Source of the DNA: a virus
Taxonomy: Duplodnaviria; Caudoviricetes
Strand: one strand, 5' to 3'
DNA: 49,268 bases
Virus record (IMG/VR): IMGVR_UViG_3300037511_000030
Location: 1-49,268 of that record
The notes beneath the pieces were generated by a model. It was given only the letters and a program-made list of their open reading frames with translations, made no database searches and was not told the DNA's origin. Positions within the stretch are counted from its first letter, which is position 1, and the number at the start of each line of letters is the position of its first letter. The translations under genes and the position numbers were made by a program. This document shows, in pieces, positions 44,680 through 49,268 of the stretch.

Positions 44680-45058
44680 TCGTCTTCTCCTTCTTCGTCT
44701 CGGTGACGCACGTAGCACACATGCCGTCTGCCTTCTCCTTGCGGTGTGCGCCGCAACGCTCGCACGCGGGCAGGGTGACCGTCAGCAGCTCGTCGAGCGC
44801 GTCCACGGTGGCGTACTGCGCCGTGGTGGCCTTGTTCTTCAGGTTCCGGCGCTCGCGCTCCGTCATCCCGCCCCAGATGCCTGCCTCGTTGTTCATGAGG
44901 GCCGTACGCAGGCACTCCAGATAGACCGGGCACCGGGCGCAGATCTGCTTGGCCACCTCAGCCTGTACGGCGTAGGCGCCGGTCTCGCCGATGGGAAAGA
45001 ACAGCTCCACGGGCTCGTCGATGCACGCGCCGTTGTCCTGCCAGATGGGGTTCTTCAC
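44657..45058 (-). CDS. whiB: WhiB-family transcription factor with C-terminal zinc ribbon
   Basis: W...GAC...FFP...AK.ICARCPV..EC...GIWGGMTERER. Confidence 0.95.
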   Translation of the reverse strand: MKNPIWQDNGACIDEPVELFFPIGETGAYAVQAEVAKQICARCPVYLECLRTALMNNEAGIWGGMTERERRNLKNKATTAQYATVDALDELLTVTLPACERCGAHRKEKADGMCATCVTETKKEKTNAEAVPA

Positions 45059-45134
45059 CGTTCCTCCTTGGTTGTAAATCTATAGTACCACAGAACCGCG
45101 AGGTCTACACCTCGCGGCCCGTGATTCTTGCTGG

Positions 45135-46529
45135 TCAGATGTACTGCGCCATCTGCGACTCGGTCAAGATCCGGATCTGGTGATCCGTCTTGGCCGCCAC
45201 AAGCTCCCGCTTGCCGGAGTCGATCGAGTCGGGAGTGCAGTAGTCGAGCGCCGTGCACGGCCGGTCCTGCCCGATCCGGTGAATCCGGCGCATGGCCTGC
45301 TGGTTGCGCGAGGGCTTGAACGACGTCTCCAAGAAGATCACCATGTCCGCCACGGTGAGCGTCAGCCCCTCCGCCACGGTGTCGAGAGAGCCGCACAGGA
45401 CGTCCAGCTTCCCGGCCTTGAAGTCGGCCACGATCTGCCCGCGCGCCGCCCGGCCGATGCCGCCGTGGACGAACGCGGACCGCAGACCGGCCTTCTCCGC
45501 CACGGCGTGGGCGGCCTCCACGGACCGCCGGAAGTGCGCCACGACCAGCGTGGGCCGGGTACGCTCCCCGAGGTCGTAGGCGAGCCGTTGTAGCTTCCCC
45601 GACTCCGCGAGGGGGTCGCCGGACTCGTCGAGAATCCCGAGACCGCTCGCGAGCTTGTCGAGCATGACGTGCCGGGCCGACGACGACCACGCCACCCGAA
45701 GGGCGCCGTCCCCCATCTCCGCGAGGTAGGTGTCCCGCATGGCGTCGTACGCCTTCTGCTGCTTCTTCGTCATGGGGGTGTTTACACGCTCGATCGTGAG
45801 CGGCGGGAGGTCCGTCAGCACGTCGTCGCGGAGCCGCATCAGGAACCGGTCACCGAGGTTGGCCCGGAAGAACTCCCGGTGGTGCTCACACGGGTCGAGC
45901 GGCGGCCGACCGGCGCACTCCGGCTTGCACGCGAGCAGGTCCCCGACCTTCTTGATCTCCTTCTCCACACCCCGGATGTAGATCTTGTCCGGGGTGGTGT
46001 CGAACCACGTCGCGGCCCACCGCCAGTAGCTCCCCAGCTCCCCGCCCGGCTTCGCCTTCTCCGGGTACATCGCGCACAGGGCTTCGAACAGCTCCGGTGC
46101 CCAGTTGGGGATGGGCGTCCCGGACGCGAGGATCACCCGGCCCGCCTTCTTCAGGATCGGCCGGAGCGCCTTCGTCCACGAGGTGTTGCGGCCCTTGATG
46201 TAGTGGGCCTCGTCCAAGATCACGGTGTCCCACCGCGTCCGGTACTCCGGCTTCGCGATGGGGAGCACCTTCCGGCCGTCGCGCTGCACGAGGGAGCTGT
46301 ACGCCACCTGCGTGAAGTCGTCGAAGCGCTCGGGGGCCCACTTCGTGATCTCGTCGTTCCACGTGCCGCCGTCGAGCACCATCGCGGGTGCCACCACCAG
46401 CGTGCGGCCCTCGGCCGCGAGGGTCATCTGTGCGGACTTCCCAAGCCCCATCTCGTCCGCGAGGAACGCGCGAGGGTTGGCCCGTAGGAACTCCAAGCCG
46501 ACCTGCTGATACGGCCGAAGCTGAAGCAT
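45135..46529 (-). CDS. SNF2-family DNA helicase
   Basis: LRPYQ, LADEMGLGKS, ILDEAH, SGTP, EGLTL and QA..RIHRIGQ motifs. Confidence 0.95.
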   Translation of the reverse strand: MLQLRPYQQVGLEFLRANPRAFLADEMGLGKSAQMTLAAEGRTLVVAPAMVLDGGTWNDEITKWAPERFDDFTQVAYSSLVQRDGRKVLPIAKPEYRTRWDTVILDEAHYIKGRNTSWTKALRPILKKAGRVILASGTPIPNWAPELFEALCAMYPEKAKPGGELGSYWRWAATWFDTTPDKIYIRGVEKEIKKVGDLLACKPECAGRPPLDPCEHHREFFRANLGDRFLMRLRDDVLTDLPPLTIERVNTPMTKKQQKAYDAMRDTYLAEMGDGALRVAWSSSARHVMLDKLASGLGILDESGDPLAESGKLQRLAYDLGERTRPTLVVAHFRRSVEAAHAVAEKAGLRSAFVHGGIGRAARGQIVADFKAGKLDVLCGSLDTVAEGLTLTVADMVIFLETSFKPSRNQQAMRRIHRIGQDRPCTALDYCTPDSIDSGKRELVAAKTDHQIRILTESQMAQYI

Positions 46530-46855
46530 CTCGTCACCTGCTATTCTGTGGTCACGTGCTTGCCGATGGGGATCGTCAGCACTCCTTGGGGAAGTGGCCC
46601 GGCTTCGGCCGGGCCCTTCTGCGTTTCAGTACAAGATCTTCTGCCGCTTCAGCTCCTTGACCTCCGCGCGCCGCGAGAGGTGCCGCCGGATGTTCTGCCT
46701 CCGCCGCTTGTTCTCCAGCCGGACCGCCGCGATGTTCGCGAGGGTGATCCCGGTCTTCCGCCATACCCGCCTCATGATGCCCTCCCGTGTAAACGTGCCC
46801 TAAGACCCCGACCAGGTGGCCGGGGTCTCGGTGGACGGCATCAGGCTACCGCCCG

Positions 46856-47065
46856 TCAGTCGATCTCTTGCGGGATGAAGACCGTGAGCGCGGCGGCTAC
46901 GGCGTTCGCGACGGCCTCCGTCTCGTACTTGCCGATGTGCCAGCCCATCCCGCCGGTCACCCGCGTGACCACCCAACACGGCACGGATTCCAGGTCGATC
47001 GGGTCGGTGTTGACGACTCGCGTGGTCTTCTCCGGCCGGACGGTGTATCGAGTCTCGGTGCTCAT
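46856..47065 (-). CDS. Hypothetical protein
   Basis: AAGGAGG RBS before ATG at 47065. Confidence 0.65.
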   Translation of the reverse strand: MSTETRYTVRPEKTTRVVNTDPIDLESVPCWVVTRVTGGMGWHIGKYETEAVANAVAAALTVFIPQEID

Positions 47066-47133
47066 GTCTGCCTCCTTCTGGCACCCCCGAAGGCCCGCAC
47101 CCCCGAGGGGGCCGGGCCACGGAGCACGGGGGC

Positions 47134-47442
47134 TCAGGCGTCGAACTGGTTCTTGCCCTTCGCGATGTAGCCGCGCATCTCCTTGGCGAACTCGATCAGT
47201 CGAGTGTCGTCCTCGGACGGGTCCTTCCTGAAGCCCTGCTTCAGCGTGTCGCTGAAGACCAGCGCGGTCACGCACCAGTCGCGGGCCTTGTCGGTCTGGT
47301 GGGCGAACTGAGTCTGGACGTCCGCGCGGCCGGTGAAGTCGCGGTCCCATTCGGGCTGCTCGCGGCGGGGCTGCCACGAGCCGGGCAGCGCGGTGACGGC
47401 CTGCATGATCTCGGTCCAGCCAGCCTCAGCGAAGTTCTGCAT
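47134..47442 (-). CDS. Hypothetical protein
   Basis: AAGGAGCACACC-ATG start. Confidence 0.75.
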   Translation of the reverse strand: MQNFAEAGWTEIMQAVTALPGSWQPRREQPEWDRDFTGRADVQTQFAHQTDKARDWCVTALVFSDTLKQGFRKDPSEDDTRLIEFAKEMRGYIAKGKNQFDA

Positions 47443-47461
47443 GGTGTGCTCCTTGTTCGGT

Positions 47462-47542
47462 GGGGGCTTGTTCCCCCGTCCTTCTGTATCTACAGTACCA
47501 CGTTACCAAGGTGGGGTGTCAACCCCCGTCTTCAAGATTTTC
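47462..47542 (-). promoter_or_regulatory. Promoter with upstream box and leader hairpin
   Basis: AAAATCTTG box, TTGACA-N19-TACTGT with GGTAACGT-GGTACTGT repeats, then GGGGG-AACAAG-CCCCC. Confidence 0.7.
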
Positions 47543-47556
47543 TTCGGAAGGGGAAA

Positions 47557-47804
47557 CGGCCCCCGAGGGAGCCCGCACCGTGCGCCAACACGGGGGCTCG
47601 ACCTCGGGGGCCGCAGGTGGGATGTCACCGGGAAAGGAGACCGGAGCGGGCCGGAGGAACGCCGTCCCTTACCCCACCTTCCGGACTGCTGGTGTCTGCC
47701 TGGTGTCAGCAGTCCGGCCGTGCTACCGCCGGTCGCAACAGGGGACGCAACACCCTGGTACCGGCGGCCTCCACGACCCCCGGGAAAGCCCGGGGACCAT
47801 GGAG
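47557..47804 (-). ncRNA. Candidate structured non-coding RNA (five consecutive stem-loops)
   Basis: Inverted repeats at 47557-47613, 47615-47679, 47681-47717, 47726-47767 and 47769-47804 in a gap with no convincing ORF. Confidence 0.55.
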
Positions 47805-47822
47805 AAGAGGATCACCGCCTAG

Positions 47823-48032
47823 CTAGACGTGCACGGGGGTCGCGTTGCGCTCGTCGTCCACGGGACGGTACGGGCTCCAGCCCGCGAGCTTCAGGGCCGC
47901 CGCGTGCTTGGCGTTGTGGTGGGCGCAGAACGTGAGCTGCATCGGCATGAGGTCGTCGGGGTCCACGAAGATCCACGTGAAGTCGCCGGACTCGGTGCCG
48001 GACGCGGTCGCGTCGCAGGTCTCTTTCGCCAT
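47823..48032 (-). CDS. Small hypothetical protein (C...FCAHH putative metal site)
   Basis: GAGAGG RBS; own promoter TTGACA-N17-CACTGT at 48105-48133. Confidence 0.7.
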   Translation of the reverse strand: MAKETCDATASGTESGDFTWIFVDPDDLMPMQLTFCAHHNAKHAAALKLAGWSPYRPVDDERNATPVHV

Positions 48033-48150
48033 GATCTTGCCTCTCAGGCTGGTGATGCGCGGGTTCCTTGTCGGCTTCGGGGCTGTTCCCCTTGGCGTGG
48101 TACTACAGTGCCACGCTACCGACCGTGTGTCAACCCCCTTCTACGACGAA

Positions 48151-48177
48151 GGGGGCCACCGGCTTGCGGTGACCCCC
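48151..48177 (-). terminator. Terminator after lysis cassette
   Basis: Minus strand gggggtcacc-gcaagcc-ggtggccccc followed by TTCGT. Confidence 0.6.
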
Positions 48178-48193
48178 TCCATGCCCTCCGGCC

Positions 48194-48586
48194 CTACGCC
48201 GCCCGGTCCACCGGCTGCTTGGTGTAGGGGCTGGACGTCTCCAGACGGGGCAGGACGGCCACGGGAGCCTGTACCTGCGGCCGGACCCCGAACACCGCGA
48301 GCAGGGCCGCCAGGGACGCCATGATGAGCGCCTGACGCTCCCCGGACAGCTCCAGCCCGAAGGCCAGGAAGAGCGACATGCCCGCCTGAGCGAGGTTGAC
48401 CAGCGCCGCGTAGAGCGAGCCCTGATGCAGGACGACGACCAGCGCCACGGCCACGAGGCACGAGAGCACGGTGTTGATCACGCCCTGCTGGTCGTCGCTG
48501 ACCTTCAGCCCGAAGGCGGCGGCGAGCTTCAGCGCGGCGGCGATGAACGCCAGTATGACGGCGGGCTCACGCCCGAAGATCTTCAT
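48194..48586 (-). CDS. Holin
   Basis: IFGREPA N-terminus, four hydrophobic segments and an R.QV..P motif; downstream of the endolysin. Confidence 0.85.
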   Translation of the reverse strand: MKIFGREPAVILAFIAAALKLAAAFGLKVSDDQQGVINTVLSCLVAVALVVVLHQGSLYAALVNLAQAGMSLFLAFGLELSGERQALIMASLAALLAVFGVRPQVQAPVAVLPRLETSSPYTKQPVDRAA

Positions 48587-48589
48587 CTA

Positions 48590-48829
48590 TCAGCCCTCCG
48601 GGGGCGTAACGGTCATGGTGCGAGCGACCGGGATGGTTTCGGTGAAGGTGGCGGCCTCTACGAGGCTGTTCGCCAAGAGAGCGTCGATCACGGCCTGGTA
48701 CTGCGCGTCCGTGGGGTTCTCGGAACTCGCGACTTCCACCGGCCCCTGAAGGGCGTTGCCGCCCTTGAAGCGGATGTAGAGCGAGTGCTGACCCGAGCCC
48801 GAGGGCTCTTCGAAGCTACTCCATGCCAT
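48590..48829 (-). CDS. Hypothetical protein in lysis cassette
   Basis: GGAGG RBS; lies between endolysin and holin. Confidence 0.65.
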   Translation of the reverse strand: MAWSSFEEPSGSGQHSLYIRFKGGNALQGPVEVASSENPTDAQYQAVIDALLANSLVEAATFTETIPVARTMTVTPPEG

Positions 48830-48844
48830 GTGTAAACGCCTCCG

Positions 48845-49268
48845 TCATGCCTTCGCGGTGAACACGCCGGACTCGGACGCGAGGCCCTTCAGCGACGCTG
48901 AGCCGGGTGCTCCCGAGCAGTCCGCTTCGGACCACCCGAGGTTGTGCTTCCGGCTGTACGCCTTCCGGAAGTCGTGGAACGCCGTCTCGGTGGACGTGCC
49001 GTACGAGCCGTCCGCCGCGTACTTGGCGGAGAGGTACCCGAGCTTCTTCAGCGCGGTCTCGAAGGGCTTGACGTCCGCCGGGTGGCTGGTGGCACCCTGC
49101 GCGGCGGGGCGGTCGTGGTGGTACGCGGCGACGAGGTTCTTCAGGCTGACGACCGGCTTGGTCGACGGCGCGGGCTTGGGGGCGGTCTTGTAGACCGGGC
49201 GGCCGAATCCTGCGATGTCCCCGACGTACCGCACCTTGCGGGCGCAGACGTTGCCGATGTTGCCCTCG
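48845..49268 (-). CDS. Endolysin, C-terminal part (end of CHAP-like domain plus peptidoglycan-binding domain), partial
   Basis: Frame open to the window end: EGN...IAGFGRPVY, a Pro/Lys linker, then ALKKLGY...ADGSYG.ST..A...F. Confidence 0.85.
   Translation of the reverse strand, partial: EGNIGNVCARKVRYVGDIAGFGRPVYKTAPKPAPSTKPVVSLKNLVAAYHHDRPAAQGATSHPADVKPFETALKKLGYLSAKYAADGSYGTSTETAFHDFRKAYSRKHNLGWSEADCSGAPGSASLKGLASESGVFTAKA

Noticed and set aside
47557-47804. tRNA, tmRNA or hammerhead ribozyme identity for the structured region
   Set aside because: No T-loop GTTCRA with a cloverleaf and no CTGATGA/GAAA core seen on either strand.
525-48837. GTTTACAC as simply a -35 box or as parS
   Set aside because: It contains TTTACA and appears to act as the -35 at 25385, but most copies are intragenic, in either orientation, without a -10. 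It does not match the GTTTCACGTGAAAC parS palindrome.
1-49268. Integrase, repressor, att sites or flanking host genes
   Set aside because: None recognisable. The window is cut inside a tail gene and the endolysin, so a missing segment cannot be assessed.

Overview
This window is most of a high-GC (about 70% by eye) actinobacterial siphovirus genome, most likely infecting Streptomyces. It is circularly permuted and almost entirely coded on the minus strand. Read from the right end it contains: endolysin (N-terminus cut off) and holin; small early genes; SNF2 helicase, WhiB, RuvC-like resolvase and HTH proteins; a PD-(D/E)XK exonuclease, AAA ATPase and SSB-like protein; a primase-polymerase/helicase followed by an iteron-containing origin; HicA-like, MazG-like and family A DNA polymerase genes; a TerS-like gene; about 7 kb of individually promoted small genes (SprT-like, secreted NlpC/P60); then TerL, portal, MuF-like, a papain-like protease, a ~1340 aa multidomain protein, protease/scaffold, capsid, neck, tail, tape measure and minor tail genes (cut off at position 1). 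No integrase or clear repressor is visible. The most notable features are five. (1) A head-module polyprotein combines a 2H phosphoesterase, Lys/Ala-rich histone-like segments and a VIP2-like ADP-ribosyltransferase, separated by motifs that also recur in the scaffold and may be cleavage sites. (2) The octamer GTTTACAC occurs at least 35 times genome-wide. (3) A second origin-like iteron locus sits beside a stand-alone primase-type winged-helix gene inside the head operon. (4) A ~250 nt non-coding stretch folds into five hairpins. (5) A modular promoter family has 8-bp repeats, an upstream box and a leader hairpin. All product calls come from motif recognition by eye; no database searches were run.
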